Origin: an uncultured bacterium
Lineage (GTDB): Bacteria; Planctomycetota; Planctomycetia; Pirellulales; UBA1268
Length of the DNA: 31,326 nt
Assembly: GCA_937959175.1 (NCBI GenBank)
Contig: CALGAS010000257.1
Span: 1-31,326 of the forward strand
Reading direction: 5' to 3'
Made by a program: the position numbers and the translations under genes. Within the stretch, counting starts at the first letter, position 1. The number at the start of each line of letters is the position of its first letter. Below the pieces are notes generated by a model. The model was not told the DNA's origin, did no database searches, and saw nothing but the letters and a program-made list of their open reading frames with translations. Of the stretch, positions 1 through 11,978 are shown piece after piece.

Positions 1-148
1 TTGGTGGTGAGCGGTTGCTCGGGCTTCCGGGGGCCGGGAAGGCCCAACGGCCCGCAGTCCCCCCGGCTCGCGCCGGGGGGCTTCTATGGAAAAGGGGACT
101 GGCTCCGAGCGAAGCGAGGTGCCTGTACCCTTTTCCAAACCGAGGACG
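1..148. repeat. Composite palindromic (REP/BIME-like) intergenic repeat, copy 1; may extend left of the window
   Basis: Reverse complement of 21438-21585 with 8 mismatches in 148 nt (manual alignment). Contains three hairpins: GGGCTTCCGG..CCGGGAAGGCCC, CCCCCCGGCTCGCGCCGGGGGG and GGAAAAGGG..CCCTTTTCC. Confidence 0.9.
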
Positions 149-233
149 CGCCAAAATACAGGTTCGCGAGGGTTGTCTCGGGAACGCGGATTGGGCGTGG
201 TGGAGCTGGACGGTTTGCGGACGGGGGCACGCC

Positions 234-1805
234 TCAGTGGCGAACCCACTCCCGGTCGATGTACCGCCAGGGCCTGCCCGCCGGGGGAGCGTCACGAACG
301 ATCTCGGGAAGGCGGGCATCGCTCCAGCCGTCAAAGCAGATCCGGCGGGAAAACCGCAGGATCGACCAGGGAAAGCCGACCGCTGAGAAGAACGGCGGTC
401 CCGCCGAAGGCCAGGGGCCGCCGTGCTGCATCGGCGGCGTGACGGCCAGGCCGGTCGGCATCCGATTCTCGACGATCCGCCCGGCCCTGGCGATCAAAAG
501 CGGCGCGACTGCGGCGAAGGCCTCGTCGTCGCGGCCGTCGTCACTGCAGTAGAGGCTTGCTCCGAGCGAGCCGTGGGCACAGGCCACCGCCGCGACGAGT
601 TCCGCGAGCGACTCGCATCGCACCAGCAAGGTCGCGTTGCCGAAGGCTTCAACCACGAACGTCTCCGGGCGGCTGACCAGTTCGCCGCCGGAAATCTCCA
701 GCAGCGTCGGCAGGTGGCTGGCTGGGCCAGCAGGGCCAACCTCGCCGGCAAGCAGCCTCGCCCCGGCGGCCACCAGGCCCTCGATCCCGCCGCAGAGCCG
801 CCGGCAGCCGCCCTCGCCGAGGAGCACCTGCGGCCCGAGGGCCGCGAATGCCGCGGTGACCTGCGCCACAAAAGCCTCGCCGGCGGGATCATCCACGAAG
901 AACACGAGCCCCGGCTTGGTGCAGAACTGACCCGCCGAGCCGGTGACGCTGGCGGTCAGTTCGCCAGCGATCGCCTCCCCGCGGTCGGCCAGGGCCGCGG
1001 GCAAGAGCACGACCGGGTTGATGCTTCCCATCTCGACCCAGATCACCTTGCCGGCAGCACTGGCCGCAGCGAAGAGTTTTTTCCCAGCCGCTTCGCTGCC
1101 GGTGAAGCCGGTGGCGCCGACCCGTCGATCTGCCACGAGCCGCTCACCATCGGCATTCTCGATCCCGTGGAGCAGCTGCACGGTCGCCGCCGGCAGGCCC
1201 GTCTCCCGAGTGGCCTCGAGGGCCTCCTCGGCAGCGAGTTTGGACACAGACGGATGGCCCGGATGGGCCTTGGCGATCACTGGATTGCCCCCAGCGATCG
1301 CCGCGGCGAAATCTCCTCCGGTGACACAGCCGTAGGCCAGCGGAAAGTTGGCCGGCGGAAAGATCACGACCGGGCCGACTCCAAAGCAGGCCGCCCGGAT
1401 GTTTTTCCCGGTGTCGAGCATCGCCATCCGCCAGGATTGCTCCCGGGCACTGGCAGCCGCCTGCCGCAGCTGATCGAGGGTCCGCGGCAGTTCCACATCA
1501 GCCAGTCGGGGATGCTCTGCCAGGCCTGTCTCGGCATGGCCCGCCGCAACCAGTTCCGCGGCCCGATCCTCAAGCCGCCGGGCAAACCGCTCGAGAAAAG
1601 CGGCCAGCCGCTCCGGTGGGAGCCGGGAAAGCTCGGCCGCGGCGGCCGCGGCGGCGTCGAGGGCCGCATCGACATCGGCCCAGCCGCTCATCGGCCAGAG
1701 GGCCGGCCGGGACCGGCCGGCCGCTGGGTCGAAGGCCTGGAAGCTGCCGGAGGCTGTCGCCGCCCGCCACTCGCCGTCGATCAGGACAGGTTCACACGCG
1801 GGCAT
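234..1805 (-). CDS. Aldehyde dehydrogenase, NADP-dependent, 2,5-dioxovalerate (KGSA) dehydrogenase-like, 523 aa
   Basis: Motifs PxNFPLA, FTGS, EMGSINP (catalytic Glu), GQFCTKPG (catalytic Cys) and EAFG. Start moved to ATG 1805 (MPACEPVLIDGEWR), 8 nt after the MFS stop; the ORF-track start overlaps the upstream gene. Confidence 0.9.
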   Translation of the reverse strand: MPACEPVLIDGEWRAATASGSFQAFDPAAGRSRPALWPMSGWADVDAALDAAAAAAAELSRLPPERLAAFLERFARRLEDRAAELVAAGHAETGLAEHPRLADVELPRTLDQLRQAAASAREQSWRMAMLDTGKNIRAACFGVGPVVIFPPANFPLAYGCVTGGDFAAAIAGGNPVIAKAHPGHPSVSKLAAEEALEATRETGLPAATVQLLHGIENADGERLVADRRVGATGFTGSEAAGKKLFAAASAAGKVIWVEMGSINPVVLLPAALADRGEAIAGELTASVTGSAGQFCTKPGLVFFVDDPAGEAFVAQVTAAFAALGPQVLLGEGGCRRLCGGIEGLVAAGARLLAGEVGPAGPASHLPTLLEISGGELVSRPETFVVEAFGNATLLVRCESLAELVAAVACAHGSLGASLYCSDDGRDDEAFAAVAPLLIARAGRIVENRMPTGLAVTPPMQHGGPWPSAGPPFFSAVGFPWSILRFSRRICFDGWSDARLPEIVRDAPPAGRPWRYIDREWVRH

Positions 1806-1812
1806 GACAGCC

Positions 1813-3147
1813 TCAGGCGAGCTCCTCCTTGCCGAGCTTGACCGGATCGCGGAAGGCGACGGCAAAACCGATCATCACCACCGCAGCGGTGACGGCAAAG
1901 GCGATCCAGAAGAACTTCCAGGGGAAGACGTCCGGGTTGACGGTCAAGGCCTTGGCCACCTCGGGAAAGGCGACGTTGCCGACATACATCCCGGCCCCGT
2001 AGGTGAGCAGGGCGATCAGTCCTTGGGCACTGGCCCGCAGGCTCTTGGGGGCGACATGATCGGTGTAGAGCTGGCCGGTCACGAAAAAGAAGTCGTAGCA
2101 GATGCCGTGCAGCACCACCGCCAGGATCAGCATCCAGGCGGTCTCTCCGCCATAGGCGAAAAGCACGTAGCGGGCCACCCAGGCGAGCATCCCCACCAGC
2201 AGCATCGTCTTGACGCCGTAACGGGCCAGCAGCACAGGCATCAGCAGCATGAAGAAAATCTCGCTCATCTGACCGAAGGTCATCACCGTCTCGCTGCCAA
2301 GGCCGAGCATGGCCTGGATGCCCATGTCGCCGATGTACTTGTTGGCCATCGCGTAGTAGACCGCCAGCGGGATGCAGACCAGAAAGCTGGCGATCGCAAA
2401 CACGGCGAAGGCGGGCGACTTCATCAGGCCGACCGCATCGAGGCCGAGAAGTTTGGCGATGCTAATCGGCTCACCCTTGGCTTTGGGCGGGCTGCTGGGA
2501 AGTGTGAACGAGTAGATACCCAGAATCGCCGAGGTCACCGCCGCCAGCAGGAAGGGGAGATTGGTCTTGCCGGCGTCGTTGCCTTCCGTCGTGCCCAACA
2601 CCAGTGTCGCGATGCCCTCTGGCAGCCCCCCCGCCATGATTCGCGGCAGCAGGGAACCGACCGTGATGCCGGCGACGATCCAGCCGATCGTGCCCCAGAC
2701 CCGCACCAGCGGAAACTGCTTCTGCGGTTCCGCCAGGTGATCGAAGCTCACCGAGTTGACCAGGGCCAGGGTCGGCATGTAGCAGAGCCCCGCAGCCAGG
2801 AGCAGCCAATAAAAGGAGACCGGATCGGTCGCTTGGGAAACCGCGTAGAGCAGGCCGGCTCCCACCAGGTGGAGCACGCCGAGCACCACCTGCCCGGGCA
2901 GAAAGCGGTCGGCCACCAAGCCCACGAATAACGGGGCCACGATCGCTGCGATCGAGCCGGTGGAATAAGCCTGGCCGATAATCGTACCGACCTCGTCGGC
3001 TGACCGGTCCGAAAACAGTTCCGCCAGATACTTGCCCATCGGCACCGCCCAGGCTCCCCACAGGAAAAACTCGAGGAACATCATGATCCCGAGCCTCGTC
3101 ATGGGGGCGGGAGCATGGGTTGACTCGACGGTGGCTGACGCGTTCAT
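1813..3147 (-). CDS. MFS nucleoside:H+ symporter family permease (NupG/XapB-like), about 444 aa
   Basis: About 12 hydrophobic segments. Family motifs MMFLEFFLWGAW, GLVADR, FPLVRVWGTIGWI, GQMSEIFFM and LHGICYDFFFVTGQLY. Start uncertain (ATG 3147 or 3102). Confidence 0.88.
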   Translation of the reverse strand: MNASATVESTHAPAPMTRLGIMMFLEFFLWGAWAVPMGKYLAELFSDRSADEVGTIIGQAYSTGSIAAIVAPLFVGLVADRFLPGQVVLGVLHLVGAGLLYAVSQATDPVSFYWLLLAAGLCYMPTLALVNSVSFDHLAEPQKQFPLVRVWGTIGWIVAGITVGSLLPRIMAGGLPEGIATLVLGTTEGNDAGKTNLPFLLAAVTSAILGIYSFTLPSSPPKAKGEPISIAKLLGLDAVGLMKSPAFAVFAIASFLVCIPLAVYYAMANKYIGDMGIQAMLGLGSETVMTFGQMSEIFFMLLMPVLLARYGVKTMLLVGMLAWVARYVLFAYGGETAWMLILAVVLHGICYDFFFVTGQLYTDHVAPKSLRASAQGLIALLTYGAGMYVGNVAFPEVAKALTVNPDVFPWKFFWIAFAVTAAVVMIGFAVAFRDPVKLGKEELA

Positions 3148-3338
3148 GCGGATCCTCGTGGGAGACGGGCTGGCAGGAAACGATTTCCATCGGAAGCGTC
3201 CCCGCGTGGCCGCCATGATACGCGTCGGGACCAGTCTCCGACAGCACCGCCCCGGCCGATGCGGCGGCCGGGTTGCGGGAGGCCCGCAAACCGGCAGAAT
3301 GACGACTCGTTCAGTCTGCTCGTTGCCTCGGAGCCCGC

Positions 3339-4631
3339 ATGCGGCACGCTCGAATCGATTCAGCGCTCTTCGCCGCGAACCGCCGCCGGCTCGTGTCGAT
3401 GCTGCCGGAAAAGGCACTGGCAATCGTTCACGCGGCCGACATCCTCCCCACCAGCGGGGATGGCACGCTCCGGCTGCAGCCGGCCAGCGACCTGTTCTGG
3501 CTCTCGGGCATCGAGCAGGAAGAGAGCGTGCTGGTGCTCTGTCCCCAGGCGACCGATCCGGCGGCCCGGGAGATGCTCTTTGTCCGAAAGTCCAATGACC
3601 ACCTGGCGGTCTGGGAAGGGGCCAAGCTCACCACGGAGCGGGCCACCGAGGTCTCGGGGATTACCCAGGTCCGCTGGCTGTCCGACCTGCCAGGGGCTCT
3701 CCACGGGCTGATGTGCGAGAGCGACTCCGTCTGGCTCAATGCCAACGAACACGAACGGGCCGCCTACGAAGTCGAGGATCGCGACCTGCGAATGGCCCGC
3801 TCGCTGATCGCCCGGTATCCGCTTCATCGCTATGAGCGGCTGGCCCCGCTCCTCCGCCGGCTGAGGGCGGTCAAGAGCCCCGCCGAGGTGGCCCTCATCC
3901 GTCGCGCGGTCGACATCACCGATGCCGGCCTTCGCCGGATGCTCGCCGCGGTCAAGCCGGGGTTGATGGAATATGAACTGGAGGCCGAGTTGGTCTGTGA
4001 GTTCACTCGCCGGCGGGCCCGGCTCGCCTACGAGCCGATCGTCGGCTCGGGGGCAAATGCCTGCGTGCTCCACTACCTCGACAACGATGCCGAATGCCGC
4101 GCGGGCGATCTGCTGCTAGTCGACGTGGGGGCTTCCTATGCCAACTACGCGGCTGATCTGACCCGCACCTACCCCGTCAGCGGCCGGTTCACACCGCGGC
4201 AGCGGGCCGTTTACGAGGCCGTGCTGCGGGTGCTGAAGGCCTCGATCGGACGGGCCGTGCCAGGCACCTCGCTGCGGGACTGGAAACGGGCCGCCCAGAT
4301 TCAGATGACCGAGGAACTCGTCGGCCTCGACCTGCTGACCGCTGCGGAGGCGGCGGCTGACAGTCCCGAGAGCCCGGCCTGCAAGAAATACTTCATGCAC
4401 GGCCTGGGCCACTCGCTCGGTCTGGGGGTGCATGACATCGCCCCGTTTGACGGCCCGCTCCAGCCGGGCTGGGTGGTCACGGTCGAGCCGGGCATCTACA
4501 TCCCGGAGGAGAATCTGGCCGTGCGATTGGAAAACGACATTCTCGTCACCGAGAAGGGGCCGGTCGATCTCACCGAGCACGTACCGATCGAGCCCGACGA
4601 AATCGAGAGCCTACTCGTCGGGAGCACCTGA
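3339..4631 (+). CDS. pepP: Xaa-Pro aminopeptidase (M24B), 430 aa
   Basis: N-terminal AMP_N-like region (RLQPASDLFWLSGIEQEES) and metal ligands in DVGA, DLTRT, HGLGH, VEPG and RLEND. Confidence 0.92.
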   Translation: MRHARIDSALFAANRRRLVSMLPEKALAIVHAADILPTSGDGTLRLQPASDLFWLSGIEQEESVLVLCPQATDPAAREMLFVRKSNDHLAVWEGAKLTTERATEVSGITQVRWLSDLPGALHGLMCESDSVWLNANEHERAAYEVEDRDLRMARSLIARYPLHRYERLAPLLRRLRAVKSPAEVALIRRAVDITDAGLRRMLAAVKPGLMEYELEAELVCEFTRRRARLAYEPIVGSGANACVLHYLDNDAECRAGDLLLVDVGASYANYAADLTRTYPVSGRFTPRQRAVYEAVLRVLKASIGRAVPGTSLRDWKRAAQIQMTEELVGLDLLTAAEAAADSPESPACKKYFMHGLGHSLGLGVHDIAPFDGPLQPGWVVTVEPGIYIPEENLAVRLENDILVTEKGPVDLTEHVPIEPDEIESLLVGST

Positions 4632-4677
4632 TTTCCGGTATCCTCGACGGCTTCTCGAATCCCTGGAGTTTCTTTCC

Positions 4678-5145
4678 ATGCGGCCTGTCGCATCAATCGT
4701 CTTGTTGTCCCTCGCCCTTGTTACCCCGGAGTTCACCGTGGCCGCAGACATCCCCCACCCCACGCTTCCCGAGTCCGCCGGCCCGATCGACGCCGACGCC
4801 CCGCTGGCCTTCACGACCACGCCCTCCGGGCTCAAGTACCGCATCCTGCGGAAGGGGCCGGGTGGCAAGCCGACCGCCGCCGACACCGTCGAGGTCAACT
4901 ACCATGGCTGGCTCGACGACGGAAAGGTCTTCGACAGCTCCTACGCCCGCGGCGAGTCGATCTCGTTTCCGTTGAACGGCGTCATCCCGGGCTGGACCGA
5001 GGGCATGCAGCTCGTCGGCGAGGAAGGCATGATCGAGTTGGAGATCCCCAGCAACCTCGGCTATGGGCCCCGAGGCACTCCGGGCGGCCCGATCCCGCCC
5101 AACGCCACGCTCCACTTCATCGTCGAACTGATCGACGTCAAGTAG
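4678..5145 (+). CDS. FKBP-type peptidyl-prolyl cis-trans isomerase with signal peptide, 155 aa
   Basis: VEVNYHGWLDDGKVFDSSY, VIPGWTEG, LEIPSNLGYG and IPPNATLHFIVEL. Hydrophobic N-terminus from ATG 4678. Confidence 0.93.
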   Translation: MRPVASIVLLSLALVTPEFTVAADIPHPTLPESAGPIDADAPLAFTTTPSGLKYRILRKGPGGKPTAADTVEVNYHGWLDDGKVFDSSYARGESISFPLNGVIPGWTEGMQLVGEEGMIELEIPSNLGYGPRGTPGGPIPPNATLHFIVELIDVK

Positions 5146-5197
5146 CCACACGCCCTGGACGCAGCTCACCCCGTGGCATCCGACGATTTCCCGCAGC

Positions 5198-6391
5198 CTA
5201 CCCGACCCGCCGGAGTCGGCCGGCGGCCGTCGCGATCACGGCCTCCTCGTCGGTCGGGATCACCCAGACGGCGATTCGGCTTGGAAGGGTGCTGATCCGG
5301 CGGTGATCTTCGGCATTGGCTGCAGCATCGAGTTTGAGCCCTAGCCAGCCAAACTGGCCACAGATCCGCTCCCGAATCACCGGGGCGTGCTCGCCGATGC
5401 CGGCGGTGAAGACGAGCGTATCGATTCCGCCGAGCACCGCCACAAGCGAGCCGATCTCCTCGACCGCCCGCCGGCAGAAGACCGCGACGGCCTCGGCAGC
5501 CCGCGGGTCGTCCGAATCGAGCAGGGTCCGCATATCGCCGCTGATGCCCGAGACACCGACCAGGCCCGACTCCCGGGAAAGGATCTGCTCGACCTCGGCG
5601 GCCGACAGGCCCTCGGCGAGGATCAAGTGAAGCACGGCACCGGGGTCGATCCGGCCGCTACGGGTGGCCATCACGAGGCCGTCGAGCGGCGTGAAGCCCA
5701 TCGTGGTGACGACGCTGCGACCGGCGCGGATTCCGCAGAGGCTCGCGCCCGCGCCCAGGTGGGCGACGATGGCCCGGGCCGGCATCGCCCCGGTGACCTC
5801 CGGCAGTTGGCCGACGACCGACTCATACGAGATCCCGTGAAAGCCGTAGCGTCGAATCCCCCGCTCGTGCCAGCGGCGGGGAATGGCAAGCCGCATCGCC
5901 AGCGGCGGACAGGTGCGGTGAAAGGCTGTGTCGAAGCAGGCCACCTGCACCGCTTCCGGCAGCATGGTCATCGCCAGTCGGATACCGGAAACGTTGTAAG
6001 GCTGATGGAGCGGCGCGAGCGGCTCAAGCGCCGCGAGGGTGGCGAGCACCGCCTCGTCGACGACCACCGGCCCGGCAAAGTCGAGGCCGCCGTGGACGAC
6101 CCGGTGGCCGACCGCGGTGATCGGGCCGTCGGCAAGGGCGACCGACCGCGACAGCACGGCGTCGAGGAATGCCGCCCGGACGGGGAGGCCTGCCGGAACG
6201 TCGATCAGTTCCTCCACCGTCTCTCCCGCCGCAGTCGCGGACGTGAGCCGACAGGCTTCATCCCGGAGGTCACCGTGCAGGCGGGCCAGGAGGATCGGCG
6301 TGTCATCACCCGCTCGATACAGGCCGCATTTGATGCTGCTCGACCCCGTATTGACGACGAGGATCCGATCGTCAGCGGCCGGCTTGGTCAT
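5198..6391 (-). CDS. ackA: Acetate/propionate kinase, 397 aa
   Basis: VVNTGSSSIK, GHRVVHGG, PLHQP, FDTAFH, RYGFHGISY, HLGAGASL, FTAGIGE and IPTDEE. Start overlaps the pta stop (ATGA). Confidence 0.95.
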   Translation of the reverse strand: MTKPAADDRILVVNTGSSSIKCGLYRAGDDTPILLARLHGDLRDEACRLTSATAAGETVEELIDVPAGLPVRAAFLDAVLSRSVALADGPITAVGHRVVHGGLDFAGPVVVDEAVLATLAALEPLAPLHQPYNVSGIRLAMTMLPEAVQVACFDTAFHRTCPPLAMRLAIPRRWHERGIRRYGFHGISYESVVGQLPEVTGAMPARAIVAHLGAGASLCGIRAGRSVVTTMGFTPLDGLVMATRSGRIDPGAVLHLILAEGLSAAEVEQILSRESGLVGVSGISGDMRTLLDSDDPRAAEAVAVFCRRAVEEIGSLVAVLGGIDTLVFTAGIGEHAPVIRERICGQFGWLGLKLDAAANAEDHRRISTLPSRIAVWVIPTDEEAVIATAAGRLRRVG

Positions 6392-7311
6392 GACTCGATC
6401 ACCCGCGGTGCGGAGGCCATGATCACCGCCACACCGCAGGAGAGCAGCCGGGAGGCGGGCGGGTCGGAGCGGCTCGAGAGGATGATCGGCACCCGGGCTC
6501 CCAGCACGATCCCCCCGGCGCTGGCCCCGGAGAAATACTCGAGCTGCTTCGCGAGGATGTTGCCACTTTCCAGGTCGGGAGTCACGAGGATGTCGGCCCG
6601 ACCGGCCACCGGCGACTCGATTCCCTTGGTGCGGGCCGCTTCGGCCGACACCGCGTTGTCGAAGGCGAGCGGGCCGTCGAGCAGCCCGCCGGTGATCTGG
6701 CCGCGGTCGGCCATCTTGCAGAGTGCCGCGGCATCGAGCGTGCTGCGGAGCTTGGAGGTGACCGTCTCGACCGCCGAGAGGATCGCCACCTTCGGCCTCT
6801 CGATCCCGAGGGCAACCGCCAGGTCGATGGCGTTCTGCACGATGTCGGCTTTGTCCTCGAGCGTGGGATCGATGTTGACCGCCGCGTCGGTGACCAGCAG
6901 CAGCCGGTCGCGGCCGGGAACCTGCATCACGAAGACATGGCTGATCCGCCGGGCGGTCCGCAGGCCGGTCTCTCTGTGGACGACCTCAGCGAGGAGTTCG
7001 TCGGTGTGGAGGCTCCCCTTCATGATCGCGGCGGCCTCGGCCCGGCGGACCAGCTCCACGGACCGGGCTGCGGCGGCATGACTGTGGGGGGCATCGACGA
7101 TCGGCAGGCCGGCCAGGGCGAGGCCCGCCGCCTCCGCCGCGTCGCGAATCTTCGCGGCCGGACCGACCAGGATCGGCTCGATCAGACCGCGATCGCGGGC
7201 CGCCAGGGCGGCCGCCAGCGACACTCCGTCGCAGGGATGGGCCACCGCTGTGACGAGGCGAGGCAAGGCGGCGGCAAGGGCGAGAATGTCGATCCGGCGA
7301 GCCGTGGTCAC
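6388..7311 (-). CDS. pta: Phosphate acetyl/butyryltransferase (short form), 307 aa
   Basis: IMKGSLHTDE, RISHVF, TDAAVNIDP, PKVAILSAVE, DGPLAFDNA, PDLESGN and SRSD. Translationally coupled to ackA. Confidence 0.9.
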   Translation of the reverse strand: MTTARRIDILALAAALPRLVTAVAHPCDGVSLAAALAARDRGLIEPILVGPAAKIRDAAEAAGLALAGLPIVDAPHSHAAAARSVELVRRAEAAAIMKGSLHTDELLAEVVHRETGLRTARRISHVFVMQVPGRDRLLLVTDAAVNIDPTLEDKADIVQNAIDLAVALGIERPKVAILSAVETVTSKLRSTLDAAALCKMADRGQITGGLLDGPLAFDNAVSAEAARTKGIESPVAGRADILVTPDLESGNILAKQLEYFSGASAGGIVLGARVPIILSSRSDPPASRLLSCGVAVIMASAPRVIES

Positions 7312-7361
7312 AGCGGGCCTCTGGAGGGTCGGGGTTCCACATGGCCTGACGACCGATCGGC

Positions 7362-10305
<2,944 letters not shown>

Positions 10306-10329
10306 CCCGGTTCTGCTCCGGCCTGCTCA

Positions 10330-11442
10330 TCAGTCAGCCGCCAACGGCATGATGACGTAACCGTAGCCGTCTTCGGTGCGACAGACACAGGCGCTCTGCG
10401 AATCGGTGATCTCCACCGAGATGCCCGTGCCTCCGTCGAGCACCCGGAGAAACTCACTGACGAACCGGGGGTCGAGCTTGATTCGGATCGCCTCGCCGGC
10501 GTAGTCGATCGGCAGTTCCACGCGACTCTCACCGCTCTCGGCCGAGCGGCCAGCCAGCACCAGCTGCCCCGGCTCGAACGAGAAATCGACGCCCTTGGAC
10601 TGGTCGCTGGTCACGATCGCCGCCTGGCGGACAGCCCCCAGCATCGGCCCGGCCACCAGCTGCACCCGGGCCGCCTCAGGACGCTCCGGAAAGACATCTC
10701 GCCAGCGAGGAAAGCGACCCTCGACCAGCCGCGCTGAGATCGTCGTCTGACCGACCAGAACAAGGATCTCGCTGCCGCGGACGGCCAGGAGGACAGGCTC
10801 CTCGGCCGCCCCCAGGCTTCGCTCCACCAACTGCATCGCCCGCGAGGGCACGATCGGCTGCGCGTCTCCGGGATCGCCTCCCCGGGTCTGGCAGGGGCCT
10901 TCCATCTTCGCTAGCCGCCGGCCATCGGTGCCCACGGCGATCACCGCCGTCGGGCCGAGTTCCAGCAGCACACCGCCCAACGCGTAGCGGCTCGACTCGT
11001 TGTCGGTGGCAAACACCGTCCGCCGGACCAGCTCGCGGACAAGCGGCGTGGAAAGCTCGAAACAGGGGCCCTCCGGGAACGCAGCGACCGAAGGAAACTC
11101 GAGCGGATCCTCGACCGGAAGGCGAAACTGACTGCGGGCCGCCTTCACAACCGCCGCGGTGCCGTCACTTTCGATCTCGAAGACCGTCCCAGCCGGGCTC
11201 TCTCTGAGGATCGCCACCAGCCGGCTGCTGGGCAGCAAGACCGACCCGGCGGCCAGGGTCTCGACGCCTTCGACGGCGGCTCGAATCCCGATCTCGAGAT
11301 CGGTCGCCGAGACAATCGCCCCTCCGTCGCCTGCCTCGAACTTGATGTTGGTCAGAACCGGCTTGGGTGAGCGGGCCGGAACGACGGCCGCGGCAGCCTG
11401 CACCGCGGCGAGCAACGGCTCCTTGGGCGAACGAATTTTCAT
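10330..11442 (-). CDS. dnaN: DNA polymerase III beta sliding clamp, 370 aa
   Basis: SATDLEIGI, FATDNESSRYALGGVLLE, VGTDGRRLA, RLVEGRFPRW and YVIMPL. Start ATG 11442 (MKIRSPKE). Confidence 0.96.
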   Translation of the reverse strand: MKIRSPKEPLLAAVQAAAAVVPARSPKPVLTNIKFEAGDGGAIVSATDLEIGIRAAVEGVETLAAGSVLLPSSRLVAILRESPAGTVFEIESDGTAAVVKAARSQFRLPVEDPLEFPSVAAFPEGPCFELSTPLVRELVRRTVFATDNESSRYALGGVLLELGPTAVIAVGTDGRRLAKMEGPCQTRGGDPGDAQPIVPSRAMQLVERSLGAAEEPVLLAVRGSEILVLVGQTTISARLVEGRFPRWRDVFPERPEAARVQLVAGPMLGAVRQAAIVTSDQSKGVDFSFEPGQLVLAGRSAESGESRVELPIDYAGEAIRIKLDPRFVSEFLRVLDGGTGISVEITDSQSACVCRTEDGYGYVIMPLAAD

Positions 11443-11978
11443 GCGGGCGACAACATCCTGGACGGGTTTTCCGCCCACACTCGAGCCCTGGCGGACGGCC
11501 CCTTAATGTACCCGAAAATCACCCCGTTCGAAACGGCCCCATGACTCCCTGGAACCGCTGTTTTGGGGCGTTTTCCACTCGGGGTTACCCGGGGCGGTGT
11601 TCCGGTGGGCTCGAGCGATTTGGCATGGCCCTATCTCCGGTCGATCGTCTTCTCTGTTCTTTGAAAATTTGAAACCAGGAGAAAATAGGAAGAAGAAACG
11701 TATCCCCATTCTTATAAGGAGGCAGCCAGCGACTGTCGCCAAACATCACCGATCCGAGAACTGACTGCGATGGTCGATAATCCTAAGATTCACGGTGCAA
11801 ACGGACTCGAACCCGACGAACACCGGTCGTGCAAAACAAGTCTTTTACGTGTCGAAAAATCGTTGGCAGCAGGCCTGTAGGTCGCCAGTTTGGTGAGCGA
11901 ATCATGCCGGCAGATCGTTCCTGGCCGGCCGGTTCAGGGTTGAACGATTGGGAGATCGGCGTGGGCTGCGGGGTCGGT
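11443..11978. other. Candidate chromosomal replication origin (oriC)
   Basis: 536-bp gap between the DnaA-like gene and dnaN. Segment 11651-11720 is 34% GC (24/70, counted). Degenerate DnaA-box-like 9-mers at 11571(+), 11700(+), 11772(-), 11828(-) and 11850(-). Confidence 0.6.

Noticed and set aside
1-552. ORFs at 1-552, 86-442 and 21399-21734 sharing the peptide MEKGTGSERSEVPVPFSK
   Set aside because: The shared sequence is simply the translated repeat element, with no evidence of coding function.
5387-7081. Long antisense/shadow ORFs (also 423-1841, 1804-2931, 7767-8978, 14368-15714, 15721-17016, 27823-29055, 29030-30415)
   Set aside because: They lie opposite well-supported genes, have no recognisable motifs, and are expected in high-GC DNA with few stop codons.
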